Assembly: GCA_965112735.1 (NCBI GenBank)
Contig: OZ218958.1
Location: 1,984,001-2,048,000, forward strand
DNA from: Phaeosaccion multiseriatum
Taxonomy: Eukaryota; Protista; Ochrophyta, other classes
Direction of reading: 5' to 3'
Length of the DNA: 64,000 nt
Shown here: positions 1 through 13,139 of the stretch, in pieces
Layout: every line of letters begins with the position of its first letter
How positions within the stretch are numbered: position 1 is the first letter of the stretch
Notes under the pieces: generated by a model
Told to the model about the DNA's origin: nothing
Databases searched by the model: none
What the model saw: the letters and a program-made list of their open reading frames with translations, nothing else
Position numbers and translations under genes: made by a program

Positions 1-3000
1 GGGGAAGGCCATCGCCGGCCGCTCTCTTCTCTGCGCACGACCCCCCACAAGAGCTCTCTGTCTCGAGACGCGCTCCTCCGAGCAGGCCTCGCCTCGCCCA
101 CGCTCTCTGTGAACAGCGAGAACACACACCTTTTGCGCTTCGAAGGAGGGCTTGTCGGTGGGCCCTGCTGCTTGGACGGATCGGCTTGCGTCCATCAGCC
201 GCAACAGCAACGTGCACGGGCAGACGCAGTAGTGAGTGGTGCCAGCACGGGCAACAGTAGCAGCAGTGGCAGCGGTGGGCCAAGCAGCCTAGTGGAGCTG
301 CTGAGGAGGGAGCTCATTGGGTTGGGTGCGGTGGCTACCCAATGCTCAGAGCTTTGGGTGCAGAACGCTCTACGCTGGGCGGCCTGGAAGCTTGCGGGGA
401 TGGAGAGGTCCTTCCCGCACGTCTTTGGGGGGCGTTTGCTCACTGGACCGCACGTGCTCAAGCGCCTGAGGTATCGCTACGAGGTGGAGTTCAATCGGGC
501 GCGGAGCTCCACCATCAAAGCAGGTATGTGTATGCATGTATGTATGTGTGTATGTTTGTGTCTATGTAAGCATGTTCATAGACCTGTAGGCATGAGAGGG
601 GGTGGGGTTGGGGGATGCCTGTCTTTGTTCAAGTCCTCTGCGATGCACTTGCTTCATTCAGTCTTCTCGTCCTTGTCCACCTCTCCGTTTCGGCTCCGCT
701 CTGCCACACACACACGTGCTGACGCCGTTTCCGTTGGACTTGCCTCTCCCCCTCCCCCTCCCCCTCCCCCAGTTCTGCAAGGGGACGCTGCTGCGTGTAA
801 GCTCATGGTCCTGTGCATCAGCCGCGTGCTTCCTCTACAGCTCAGTGGGGCAGGAGCAGGAGCAGGGGCACTAGAGGCACCCTCGTCACAGCAGCAGCAG
901 CAGCAGCAGCAAGGGCAAGGGCAAGGGCCTGTGGTGGTGGAGCTGACAGACGGGTGGTACCCGATTAAGGCAGTGCTGGATGAGGGGTTGAGCTTCTTCA
1001 TGGGCAAGGGTGTGAAGCTGCAAGTAGGGAGCAAGTTGGCCATCAGTGACGCTGTATTGGATCGCACCTCGACTTTCGCCCCCCTCCCTTCCATGTCTAT
1101 GGTGGGGGCAGCAGAGGATGATGCTGATGGGGGCGTTGCTGCCATGTCAGAAGCAGAATCCCGGAGACAGTGGGCTCAGACGTTCCCCAGCAGGTCTGTC
1201 CCCAAGCAGCAAACGACGTCATCAAGGCCCAAGACTCGACCACCGCAGCCTCCGACACCGACTGCCCCGGCCTCGATGAAGAGCGATGAAGGAGTCGACC
1301 CTCTTGAGGCGATGGCAGCAGAGGGAAGTGAGACACGCGGGCCCTGCTTGCGGCTCTCTCTGAACTCTACTCGCCGAGCCCGCTGGGATGCTCGCCTCGG
1401 CTTCGTGCGAGCAGGGCGTTCGTCTACTCCAGAGGGGGGGTTTGGAGCCTCGGGGGGCGCTGCTGCAGCTCACTCCAGCAGCAGGGACGAGCCGCTACCG
1501 AGGTGAGACTGGGAGCAGTATCTCTCTCTCTCTCTCTCTCTTGTGGACTCGCCTTTTTCTATTTGTGTATTTCCTCGCGGGCTTACAGTCTGTTCCCAAT
1601 TAACCTCTCTCTTGCGTTTCGCCACAGTTCTGATATTCATGTTGTGTGTGTGTGTGTGTGTGTGTGTGTGGATGGATTCCTTTGACACCAACTTCCCTGG
1701 CAGGGAACGGCGCTATATGGTGCCAAGCAGCACGGCGGGGGCTGGCTCTGGTGATGGCGCTACCGTCGTGAATGTGATGAAGGTGCCTCTCTGCTCCGTG
1801 GTGCCGGGGGCAGGCGTGGTGCCCTGCTGTGACGTGCTGGTGCATCGTGTGTATCCCATCATGTACGGCCATCGCTTTAGCAATGCGGCCGACACTGTCG
1901 GCAGCAGCAGCAGCAGTAGTGCTCGCTCTTCTGGGAAGCAGCAGCAGCAGCAGCAGCTGTTGGTGGTACAGAAGAGCAGCACCTTTGTGAGGCTGTCGGA
2001 GGCCGAGTATCTCTCTGTCAAGGGCGAATCAGAGAAGCTCTTGGAGACGGCTGTGGAGAAGATGATGCAGGAGGAGAGCGACGAGTGGATGCACGAAGAG
2101 GCCATCGAAGCTTTGACTCCTCTGGGCCAGGTGAGAACCAAGTCCCACTGCTTAAGTCATCACTCTGCATCCCATCCCATGCCGCTCTGCTGCAAGAGTT
2201 TCCTCTGCATTTACTTACCGAACCATTTTTTCCGTCTGGGATTTCGATGTGTCCCCCTCCTTCGTCCGCCTTTTGTCTTTCTCCCACCCCTATGCCCATC
2301 CATCAGCGCATGTTTGCATCCTCCGACCCCGCGTCTTTCATGGCCGACTTGAACCCCGAGCAGCAGAGGGAGGCACAGGCAGCAGCGGACAGGTATAGGA
2401 GCAAGATGGAGGATCTCCAGATGAGGGAACGGGAGAAAGTGGAAAAGTCGGTGCGGGCAAAGCATGAGGATGGACAGATGAGAGCGTCGGCTATGCTCAC
2501 ACTCAAGGTTAGCTGTAGTTGTGCTTGCGATGCCCCCCTCCCCCCCAACCAACCGACTGGCGCTGCTGGGGTAACTGGCGGCAAACAGGACGGAGGAGAC
2601 AAGCGGGAGGAGTGGAGGGAAGTACCCCCCGCGACGAAGCCGCCGAAGGGAAGTAGAAAGTGCCTCGCCCCCCTTACAGCCTTGCTCAACATTTGGGCGC
2701 CCCCCGAGCCCCTTCTTGTCGAGCTCAAGGAGGGGTCTCTGCTGCGGCTCTGGAGAGTGTCGGCAAGGGGCGGTGGGCAGGGGCCGCTCAGCATGCTGCA
2801 CCTCACAGCCAATCGCTCTGCGTGTGTGCGGGTGATGCGAACGCCCGCTGCTGCGCCTAGAGTGCTCCGAGGGTGCGGCTTCACTCCTCGGGAATGCGCC
2901 ACGACGCCTGTGTCCAATGGGGGAGGAGGAGGAGGAGGAGGAGGAGGAGCGAAGAGTGTGAGGCTAGTCCCGCCCCAAGCGTATGCGTCGGAAGGGAAGG

Positions 3001-4286
3001 AGCGGGAGGAGGAGGAGCTCACTCCGACGGTGGCTGTGGATGAGGGACTTTTGAGGGCAAGGCGGGTGGCGGAGGCAGGCGTAAGGGGACAGGAAATTGA
3101 CGTTGTTCTCTGCCTGATGAGAGTGGACAAAGTGCCCTGGGCGGGAGAAGGAGGAGGGTCAGAGACAGGCTCAGCAGGAGACTTTCTGTTCCGGCTGTGG
3201 TTTACCTCCTCCAGCGGGGCCCTAGTGCGGGTGGAGAGACGCGTGATCTGTGGCTTGGTGGCGCACGTCCCCATTCTCCGCGGGCTACCAGGCTCCTGCT
3301 GGGCTCTGTCCAATGTGGAAGTGAGCGCCAGCGATGGGAGGAACAACACCGGCAGCAACAGAGAGGCCACTGGGTTGCGCCCGCTCAGGCATTGGATGCC
3401 CTTCCTTGCGGGGCGCTGGGCCGAAAGGACCACCGCGACGACGGGGGGGGGAGGACCGGCACATCTCCTGGGCCCCTTGAGGGATCTGCAGGCATGGTGC
3501 AAGACCCCTCGGGGAAAGGAAGGCGTGGCCCGCTCTATTGCAGTGTTCCAGGCTGCCTCCTGCTGGCAGGCTGCCGCAACAGGGGCAGCACCGGGGGTGG
3601 GGACTATGCCTGTCGCTGGCTACCCGCACTTCTTGCCCGCACTCGCAAGCGCCGCGAGCACGAGTGGAGGAGGCGGAGTGCCACTCGGAGGTCTGACAGC
3701 AACAGTAGTGGGGCGGGTGGTGGCTCTGGAAGTGGTCCTTTGCCCCCTGCACCACCACCACCACCAGCAGCAGCAGCAGCAGCAGCAGGAGGAGGAGGAG
3801 GAGGAGCGGTGGCAGCAGCAGAGTGCGCAGGAGCGAGAGACGACACTGTTCGCGGCAGAGGGAGGGCATAAGGAGTTGGAGAGCGAGAGCAGGCTGTGCC
3901 TATTTCTAGACAACGGCGCGAGGAGAGTGCCGGTTTTTTTGGAGGCAAGTCAGCTGCCAGAGCTTGTTCATATGCTGTCTGAAGGCGGCGTCAGACCGAA
4001 GGAAGCGCGGCTGCTCCTCGCCCAAGCCGAGGAGAAGCTCAAGAGTCAAGGAGGGGGAAGAGCAGCAGCAGGAGGAGGAGGAGGAGGAGGAGGAGGAAGA
4101 GGAGCAAGCCGCTCGGAGGCCCTCTGTGGAGGTGTGTTGGCGACGGCATTGGAGGTTCAACTCGACTTGGTGGCGAGGCAAGGTCAGGACAAGCGGGGGG
4201 GGGGAGGGGAGCTGTGGCTGCAGAGGGTGCAGGCTGTGGACAAGAAGAAGCGAGTGCAGAGCTTGCTACGGACGCTGCTGAGGTAG
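1..4286 (+). CDS. BRCA2: BRCA2 homolog, 3' part (helical domain, OB1, tower/OB2, OB3); 5' end lies before the window. Introns 524-772, 1503-1703, 2131-2306
   Basis: Motifs WVQNALRWAAWKLAGMER, LRYRYEVE, VELTDGWYPIKAVLD, KLQVGSKL, NSTRRARWDARLGF and VHRVYP match the BRCA2 DNA-binding domain. The three GT-AG introns join the ORFs in frame. Confidence 0.9.
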
Positions 4287-4582
4287 AGAGGCGCTTTGCC
4301 ATACGCACACGGGCGTGCCGGCCGGGAAGGGGAGGCAGAGAGAGATTGGAAGAGAGGGAGAAGTGTGGCGGGGAAAGGGAGAGAGAGCGAGCAACGCAGC
4401 AATCCCAATCCCCTCCAAGTGTATTATACAATGTACAAAACGGAGCGCATACAGGCGCAAACAAAGCTCCCCCCCCCCCCAACACTCTCCCTCCCTCCCC
4501 CTCGTGTTGGGTGGGTCATTAACCAATTCTCCTTCCACTCCTGCTGTATGTCCAATTCGCAAAAACGAGCAACACGGTCTGT

Positions 4583-7500
4583 CTAATACCGCTCTGCGAG
4601 GATATTGACGAAGAGGGCGGTCCACCCTGTGAAGGGGTGACTTCGTTGACCCCGGCCTGTGGAATCGCTGTACTGCTCCCAGAAGAAGCCCGTGCGGTGA
4701 TACTCCTTCAGCACGGTAGAGAGAATGTTGTGGCGCAGTTCCGAGTAGGCTTGGGAGAAGTCCTGAGCCAGATGACCGAGAGGACTACCCGAGGCTGTTG
4801 CTGCCTCTGTGTAGTGATGCAAGGCTGCACAGGCCAGGTAGTTGATGTTGATCCAGATGAAGCCTCTCCAGTACGGCTCAAGAGGGGAGGGAGGTAGTGA
4901 GGGGGGGAGGGAGAGAGGGAGTGAGGGAAGAGAAGTGCTACGTTCTTTCTCAATCGTAATGCATAGCAAGAACGAAAGAGCCATACCAAACAAAGGGCCA
5001 CACCACACACACACACCACCATGTACACCGACACCACCACAGCACTCACTCACTACTCACTTCATCTCCCGGGTTGTTGGCCTTTTGGTAGTAAGCATCG
5101 CCTCTGGAGAGGGAGCGCAGGCCGTAGGGCGACCACAGCTTGGCGGGGTCTCTAAGGTCCCTAAGAAGCAGCGGCAGGCGAGGGTGGTCCACCGGCAGCA
5201 CCTTGAGCAGCAGAGGAAACAGGCTCACGTAGCCTACGTGGGCGATGTGTTGGACTGAGGACAGCTCGAAATCTCTCTCGTCTGAGCTGCCGTGGTTGCT
5301 TTGTTGTTGCTGCGTTAAGTGCCATCGCTCTCTGGTGGACAAGCCTCCTCTGCCGTCGCCAAGGGGGTAGAGAAACCGCGGGTGGTCTGCGGGGCATCGA
5401 ACTCGCTGCCTCTGGAGATCTTCGATGGGCACTCCAATCTGAACCGTCGAGCCGCCCCCCCTCCTGCCGCCGCCTTGTTGCTCCTCTGCCTTACCGCAAG
5501 CCACCACTACCTCGCTCACAACAGCGGCGGGGCTGGGGGGGGGGGGACGGGAGGAGGGGAGAGGAGAGAAGGGGAGAGGAGAGCAGAGGAGGGGAGGGGA
5601 GAGGGGAGTAGATGAGAGGAGATGAGGGGAGACGAGGGGAGAGAAGAGGAGAGGAGATGAGAGGAGAGGAGGACGGGGGGCGGGGTGGTGGGGTTGTGGG
5701 AGAGAGGGGATGCAGAGGGGGCGGCAATGAAAAGTGGTTAGAGACGGGGAGTGGACGTAGGGGCTCCCTCTCTGCTCTTTCTGATGCGAACCATATGGGA
5801 GGGAAGTTGCACCACACACACACATACACGCACACACATACATGCACACACATGTACACAAATAGACACGCACGCACTCATACACACACACACCGCTACC
5901 CACACACGGACACACACTAACACACAAAACACACAAACACCCCCCCCCCTATGTATGGAGACAAGTCACCTGCTGAAGTCTCTCCCCACATCGAGATACG
6001 CCTGATGCTCGTCGCTCCAGTGCACTCGGTCTAGCAGCGCTGTGGCCTCAGATGCCATGGCCCCGAAGTCGGGATACTTCCCTCCTGCTCCTCCTCCTCC
6101 TCCTCCAACCCCCCCACCCGCTTCATCCCCTCCAACCTCCCCACTCTCCTCCCCCTCTTCAAGCGCTCTCTGTAGCCTGGCCATGACCTAACCATTCGAC
6201 AACAAAGGAGCGCGCGGTCAAAGAGTGGGCAACAACGGAGTGGGTGGCATACAGCAGGGACGTGACGGAGGTGAGGACGCAATGGAGAGAGGGGAGGGTC
6301 GACAGGTGGCTTCTGGATCGTCCCTCGACTATACCCTACGTTTGGCTCTGCCCTTGCCCTTGCCCATATACCCCTCCCTCCTGAATGTCCTCCCTCTCGT
6401 GTCACACGCACACACACACACACACCGCACACAATTACGTAGTTCTTAGATTGATTCCCATATGTCAATAACTACTTCTCCCTCGCTCCTATACCTTGCA
6501 ACTGAGCACTACCCAGCAGAGGAGGTCGACATTGCGCTCCTCCTCCGTCGGGAAGTGCGCTCTCGGGTAGTCGTCAAGCCCAGACGAGAGCGTCAGAGCG
6601 TTCAGTCGGTCGTCCTGTTACAGTCCAGGGTGAGATGGAAGAGAGACAGACAACGAAGCAGAGGAAGGAGGAAAGGGCGCGTGCAACATAGAGAAGTATA
6701 AATCGAGCTTGTGAGTCTTTTTGCTGCCATGTCTGCCATGCGCGCGCGCGTGTGTGTGTGTGTGTGTCTGAGTGTGTGTGTGTAAGTGTGTATGAGTGTG
6801 TGCGTGTGAGTACGTGCGTGAGAGTGCGTGTGCGAGTGCGTGTGTGTGTGTGGTACCCCACCCCCCGCCCTCTAGCCACGTCCAGTGCCCCTCAAAGCCA
6901 AGCATACATACCTGCGGGTCTCTTCCTCTCCACAGAAATCCGCCGAATGGGCCTCCTCCTTCCCCGGTGGCTGTGGGAATAGTCAAAGGCAAGAAAGAAG
7001 CATGCATGAGAGAGAGCAAGAGAAGGGGCGTCAGACCGCGCCACTTAGGGGGCGGGTAGGAAGCCTCTGTTTTTCTCTGGCTCCTTCTATCATACATACA
7101 CCTCTGCCATCCGAACAAACACAGAGCACAAGTCAGAGAGAGGGAGTCGAAGTCACAGCCACCTCACACCTCACTCACCCCTCCCCTGTCACTGACTGAC
7201 CTGCGCTCTCTGGCTGCTGTGTGAGAATGAGCCATTGCACCCATTCGCTCAGTGCAGGCGCTGCGGCTCTCAAAAAAGCGCGAATCTTCTCGGCACTTTC
7301 TCTTTGCTGCTGCTGCTCCTCGTCTCCGTGGACGTGGCTCCCCTCCTCCACTCCCCCATCCTGTTGTGTGTCACCCCTCTCTAGTGAGGGGTGCGCATCC
7401 AAAAGACTCTCTACAAGGAGGAGTAAGGTCGGAGGATTGGCCACTTTGGGGTTTTGGGCCACAAACTCTGCGGGCACTCGCCGCCGAGCCACTTCTCCCA

Positions 7501-10499
7501 GAATCTGCTCTCTGGGGATCCAGCCTCCCGCGCACCCTCCTTCTTCTTCTCCCTCTTCCTCCTCCTCATTACTACTGCTGCTACTCGGGGGCGTGTGCCT
7601 GTGTAGCAGCCCGAGCCAATGACCGAGCACATCCATTGTGATGCCGCTGTCCCACTGCGTGACTAGGAGCTGGTGGAAACCCTCGTCCCACAGAAACCCT
7701 CTCGGAAAGAAGCTTCTCGAAGGAACGCAGGAGAAGAGCGACGCACGGAAGGAGGAGGCCTGTTGCCCCTCCCCGCTGCTGCCAGTGAGCTTGGACTGGC
7801 CGTGGAAGTACCCCACACCTGGGCATGACGCAAACAAGGCACGCAGAGAGAGCACAGGGAGGGGTGCGTGCGTGTTGATGATGGGCGGGGGTTCAGAATA
7901 GAGAGACAGAGAGGGGAGGCCGCGAGAAACAGGGAGAGCAGGAGCGATGTATTGAGAGACCGACAGAGAGAGAGAGACGAAGGGGGAGTTGGCCGTGATT
8001 CTACAGAGGCGAGGTGCAAGCAATACAATGCCACGGGGCGGCCGAAGGTTTAGTTGGGTGGGTAGTATCGCCCTCACTCTGACCCACCCACGCACGTACC
8101 TCCAAGCATGTTTCCAATGGCAGCCTTGGCCGCCGCGATGTCCTCTGGCGCCACCCCTTTTCTCTCCAGGCCAAACGTGGCCTCAAACCTCTGCGAATAT
8201 TCCTCTTCCGCCTGAGCGGTCCACTGCTGCACTCTATCCGCCAGCAGCAGCTCCTCCTCCTTCTCCTCCCCCCCCCCCTCATCTTCCTCCCCTTTGCTGT
8301 GCCTAGATATGGCAAAGTCGATGGAGAAAGGCATGACACCTGTGACCTGGATTACCACCACGTTGGACCTGTCTGCCACGCTGTTGGAGAGCAGCTGGTG
8401 CTCCTGTTCCTGTCCCTCTTCGCTCTGAGTCCCTCCAGCCCCGCGCTTCGGGCTGCGTCGCTTCTTCTGTTCAGCAGCGCAGCACAGCAGATGTATAGAG
8501 TTCACTTCGTTAGCGTCGCTCCTCCCGTCTGACTCCATTCTTCCGTAACAGCTGTAACTGCCTCCTGCCTGCCCGTCTTGCGCCAAACAAACGGCACGCC
8601 GATACCGTACCTGCTCTCTCTCCCGGAGAAGCTTGTCCATGTCCGCGAACAGGACGTCGGCGACTCCTTCATATCGCACCTCCAGCCCTCTTCGACGCCC
8701 CTCTCCCTCTCTCTCTTCCATAGCCGCCCCCGAAGTGGCTGAGAGATGCAGCGAATGTGTGCCTGGGGTGGTGGGGTAGAGAACGAACAATACAACACAC
8801 AGAGGAGGAGAGGACGGCCGCCAATTAGTCACGCGCCACGCATATTAGCTTGGTAGAGGCTTGGTTTTGGTATCCGTCAGTTAAGCCCAGCCCCCCCCCT
8901 CCTCTTCCTCCCTTCGCCTCGAGTCCAATCGACGAGCTGTCGCTCTTGCGTCTTGTGTATGTTTACTGCCCAGACGCATTGCTCAGACATGGGGCTAGCT
9001 GGTGACGTGAGCAGCGACGCAGAAAACATCCATACGCGCGTGCAGATGGGCCACAATCACTAGCGATCCATTCCCACTACGATACGATGCACACACATAC
9101 CGAGGCTTGCGGTGTGTGCAGTTGCTCGTATTCGATGAGCCCCTGGGCACTCTTTCTCCTCCTTCTCGCCGTCTCCCTTTCCCTCTCCGTGCGGCCCTGT
9201 ACACACATCACAATCACGGGGGCCCGCCATGTCGACCCGGAGACCGCGTGCGGCTCCCCCCCCCGTTGCCAAGCTCAGGCACCCTCTCCCCGCCTGCCCA
9301 GCCTCTCCGTCGCAATCTATTCCAAAGTACAGATATAGAGACCCTACTCTGTCCTTCTCGCTGCCCTCGTCCTCCGTACCCACGGGGGAGGCTTGGATGC
9401 GGCTGGCGAAGGCAAAGCCCTCCGCTGAGACTGGCACAGTCTGCGCGACAGAAGAGGAGGAGCAGCACAAGGAGAAGAAGGGGGGGCGGGCGGCGAAAGA
9501 GAACAAAGAAGCGCAGAAATGCTTAGTAGGCGGATGCTTGAGCGGTGCCCTTTGCGCTGTGCTCTCATCCACTGCCATCCCCTACCTGCAGATTTTTGGG
9601 CTTGACCACGACAGTTGTTATCTCCATACCATTCTCGTGGTCCGAGATGGTCTGATTCCCATAGCTCCGCCCGTCGTGCTCGTGCCAGCCGTACCTAGAG
9701 TGGAGGGGGGTGAGGAGGGAGGGAGGCGAAAAAGAGAGGACACTACAGGGCTTGGACAAGGCAGAGGAGCGAGAAATCGGCCTTGATTGAGGCAAGCAAA
9801 GCTCCGCTGGAGAGAGGAAAGCTCCCTCACTCACCTTTGCAGCCCATCCCCTTCCTGCGCGTCGTGTCTCCAAGGGCCCTTCCTTGAGCCGCCTCGGGCT
9901 TGTTCCCTGTGCCAAAGCAAGCCCCCTCCAATGTAATCGGGACTAGTTCTCGTCTTGAAGCCGTAGTATACGCTGGGTCGGTACGTTCCCCAAAGCAGGG
10001 ACGTGTTATGCGACGCTGAGAATGTCTGCAGCAAGCCAGCCCCTGCAGGATGAGGAGACGTCCAGCCCGTCTCGCTACCTTGAGAGGAGTGACATCTCAG
10101 CAGCCCTCTCGCAGCACCCCTACCGCTGTTGCGGCTCCTCGAGAGACGCGTGCCGCCGTAGAGATGATCTCCTGCGAGCATTGCCTCGAACGCAAATGCT
10201 TCCAGCCCTCTGCTCACGGCACCTCCTCCACCAGGGTCCTGCTCCTGCCCTCCAGGGAACAGAAGGCTCAGGCCCAGCCCCCCCACAGCCATCACCCCCA
10301 GAGCACTGGCCACTCCTGCTCCGGCCATGATGGCGCGCTTCCTGACGCGCTCCCTGGACTTGACCTTTCGCTTGGCTTTGGTGCTGAGGCTGCCGTGGGC
10401 CCCTGCGAAGGAGCCAAAGCCGCCTTGTCTCTTGCCATTTTTACCGTCGTTGCTGCTGCCGCTGCCTCTGAATCTCGGGGGTTTCGAGGCCCCCACCAT
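4583..10499 (-). CDS. MOGS: Mannosyl-oligosaccharide glucosidase (glucosidase I, GH63), multi-exon
   Basis: N-terminal basic tail plus TM helix, then [88 protein letters not shown], spread over minus-strand exons. Start Met at 10499 is inferred. Confidence 0.93.
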
Positions 10500-10685
10500 A
10501 TATACACGGATTTCTTTGCGTTCCCTCCTACCTCCTTTGCACTTAGCAGGGATTACAGGAGAGAGAACAGCGTGTGTGTGAGGAGGGGACAGAGATCGGA
10601 TTGATGATAGGTGTAAAGCAAGAAAACATGAGGTGCTGGAAACCGCTGGGGAATAAATCAATTAACTCAAATCAAACAAGCAAAC
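10500..10685. promoter_or_regulatory. Short divergent intergenic region / probable bidirectional promoter between MOGS and IWR1-like gene
   Basis: Only about 186 bp, relatively AT-rich, between head-to-head start codons. Confidence 0.5.
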
Positions 10686-12907
10686 ATGGCCGGAGTGCCG
10701 GCGAGTGTGGTTGTGATCCGCATCAAGCGAAAGAGGGATGAAACCCCTCTGGACTGTCTGCTCGTGTCTTCAGCAGCACCGACGGCCACAGCGCAGGCGC
10801 CAGGAGCCAGCAGCCGCAAGAGGCCTAAGCTGACTGGACTCGAGGGACTGATGAGCGGCCTCCTGGGCGCAGAGACGGCTGGGGGAGGAGGATCATTTGG
10901 GGCGGGCGGAGGGGGGTTATCACCAGCAGCAGGGGAGGAGGGATCAGTGGCAAAAGCCAGTAGTCTCCATCAAAATCACTTGCTCTTCACTCGTGTGGGC
11001 GTGGGCACAGGCAAGCAGGAGCACCCCGAAGAAAGACCTGGGGGGGTCCCTTCAGCAGGTGCTGCACGAGGAAGAACTCACTTGATGGAGGTGGGTCGCA
11101 GAAGAGCTCGGCTGCGGCAAAGGGAGGCAGAGGACCCCGCGGATACGGACAGCAGACGGGCGAACAGAGGTGCGGAGGAGGCACCACCAGCACCTGACGC
11201 AGCAGCAGGCAGCGATGCCAAGGTCACTGTATCTGTAAATCACAGCCACGGCGACAGGGTCCACGTTATAGATCTCATGATGAAGGGTGCCCCTGCGGCG
11301 GCTGCTGCGTCACCTGCCACCCCACAAGGAGCAGAAGCGTCGCCGGAAGGCACGAATAGACGCAGCAGCAGCCGCATAACCTGCAATGCTACGCCTGCGG
11401 CTTCTGAGCTTGTGCTCAACCCCATGGAGCGGCTCATGGACGAGGCGATTGCGGCCACCTTTTGCAGCGGGGACTGCACGCCCCTGGACAGCGCGTTGAG
11501 GGTAAGGAAGGAGGGGAAGCAAGATGGTGGTGCTATTGCTCGCTCCGCCGCTCGTGTGCGCGCAAATCTATGTGTAAGCTACTAATGAAATCCTGCTGCT
11601 ACTGCTACTGCTGCTGCTGCTGTGTAGATGGGCGGGCAGGTGGACTACCAAAGACGAGGCTCGGACTTCACAACGGCGCTGATGGCTGCAGCCAACGCGG
11701 GCAACCTCCACGTTGTTGCACAACTCCTCGCCAAGGTCGGTCGATCGGTCACCTGAATCCACGGGTTGCGTTGGCCTGCTGCTTCCTTCCTCAAATCCCC
11801 CCCTCCCTCCTTGTCCTCTCCTCCTCCTACCTCCTCTACCTCCAGGGCGCCAATCCGTCGCTCGTGGACATGAATGGCAATGACGCGGGGGATGTTGCGT
11901 TACGCAAGGGGCACATGGAGGTACTCAAGGTCCTGCAGAAGGGCGTCGCGTCCAGGGGGCGCTGGGGCAGCGGAGGCCAAGCAGAGGAAGGAGGAGGGGG
12001 GAGAGGGAGGGGCGGGGCTGGGGGGGCTGAGTACTCCGGCATGACTGCGGGTAGTGCAGCTGCCCACGAAGGATCGGTTCTTGAGGCAGAGTACGTGTAT
12101 GATCTGTACTCTTTCACGCCCGGTGCAGGCACAGGTGTGGGGGGGGGGCTCACGGAGGGGGGGGGGGGGCTTGCACCGCACTCCACGGCGGTGGCGGGGG
12201 GAGGAGCGAGAGACGGTGCTGGGGGGGGTAGCCATGACATGGACCTGGATAGCGTGGGGCTGGCCACAGTGAGCCTGGAGGGTATCGAGGACAGCTCCAC
12301 AGCGGCGAGGGGAGGAGGAGTAGAGGGGGGAGGGGGGCAGGGGCAAGGGCGAGGCAGGAGTCTTCTCCGAGGCTTGGATGGATTGGAGTTGGATGAGGAT
12401 GAGTACGAGTGGGACGGGCTCATGCGTTACGGACGAGAGGACGACGATGATGATGATGAAGATTCAAATGCAGAGGACTTTCATGGCAACGACTACCCAG
12501 AGGACGAGTATGACGGGAGTGGGGAGGATGACGGGGAGAGGCCGGCTCGGGGAGGAAGAGGAGGAGGAGGAGGAGGAGCAAGGCTCGGGGACGGGTCTCA
12601 GCACGCGAGCGATTGGAGTGGGGATAGCAGCGACGAAGAGGGTAGGGGGCGCTCGCCTTTTTCGGTAGGCAAGGGAAGAGCAGGAGGGACCAAGAGGATG
12701 CAAATGCCCGGGGAGAGGCCGCGGGGAGTAGGGGGGGAGCATGGGCCTGCCCTTGTGTGCTGTAGCCCACGGGGGGATGCAGGAGAACTGGGCCTGGAGG
12801 CGGAGGCGGAGCACCTGGAGTGGATGAACTACAGCGCGGGGGATGAGCGAGAGGGGTACACCTTCTTTGCGTACAGCAGCAGCAGCAGCGGCAGTGGCGA
12901 AGAATAG
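10686..12907 (+). CDS. IWR1: IWR1/SLC7A6OS-like RNA polymerase II nuclear import factor with internal ankyrin repeats; exons 10686-11501, 11628-11735, 11846-12907
   Basis: N-terminal VIRIKRKRDETPLDCLLV, EYVYDLY and DEDSNAEDFHGNDYPEDE are Iwr1-family motifs. Spliced middle gives TTALMAAANAGNLHVVAQLLAKGANPSLVDMNGNDAGDVALRKGHMEVLKVL (ankyrin). Confidence 0.8.
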
Positions 12908-12909
12908 AA

Positions 12910-13051
12910 TCGACCCCTGACGTGCTATCCGCTATCTGCTATCGCCGGCGCCAGCAGGCGTGCTATCTGCTGTCGCCGGTGCCAGCCGACGTGCCACTTG
13001 TGCTCCGGCGTGCTATCTGCTATCGAGAATGTGGGCAATAGCGATCGTCGA
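12910..13051. mobile_element. Degenerate MITE relic of the TCG-ended family at the IWR1 stop codon
   Basis: Starts TCGACCCCTGAC (as at 35923 and 63967), has internal TGCTATCTGC/GCCGGCGCCAGC repeats, ends GTCGA, and is flanked by ATAGAA/ATGGAA (5 of 6 match). Confidence 0.45.
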
Positions 13052-13139
13052 ATGGAATAGAGGCCGTTGCGATGGCACCCCATGTCGTTTTTTACTATTA
13101 CCGGGGGGCGGTTGCTCTCTCTCCCTCTTCTTCACCGCG

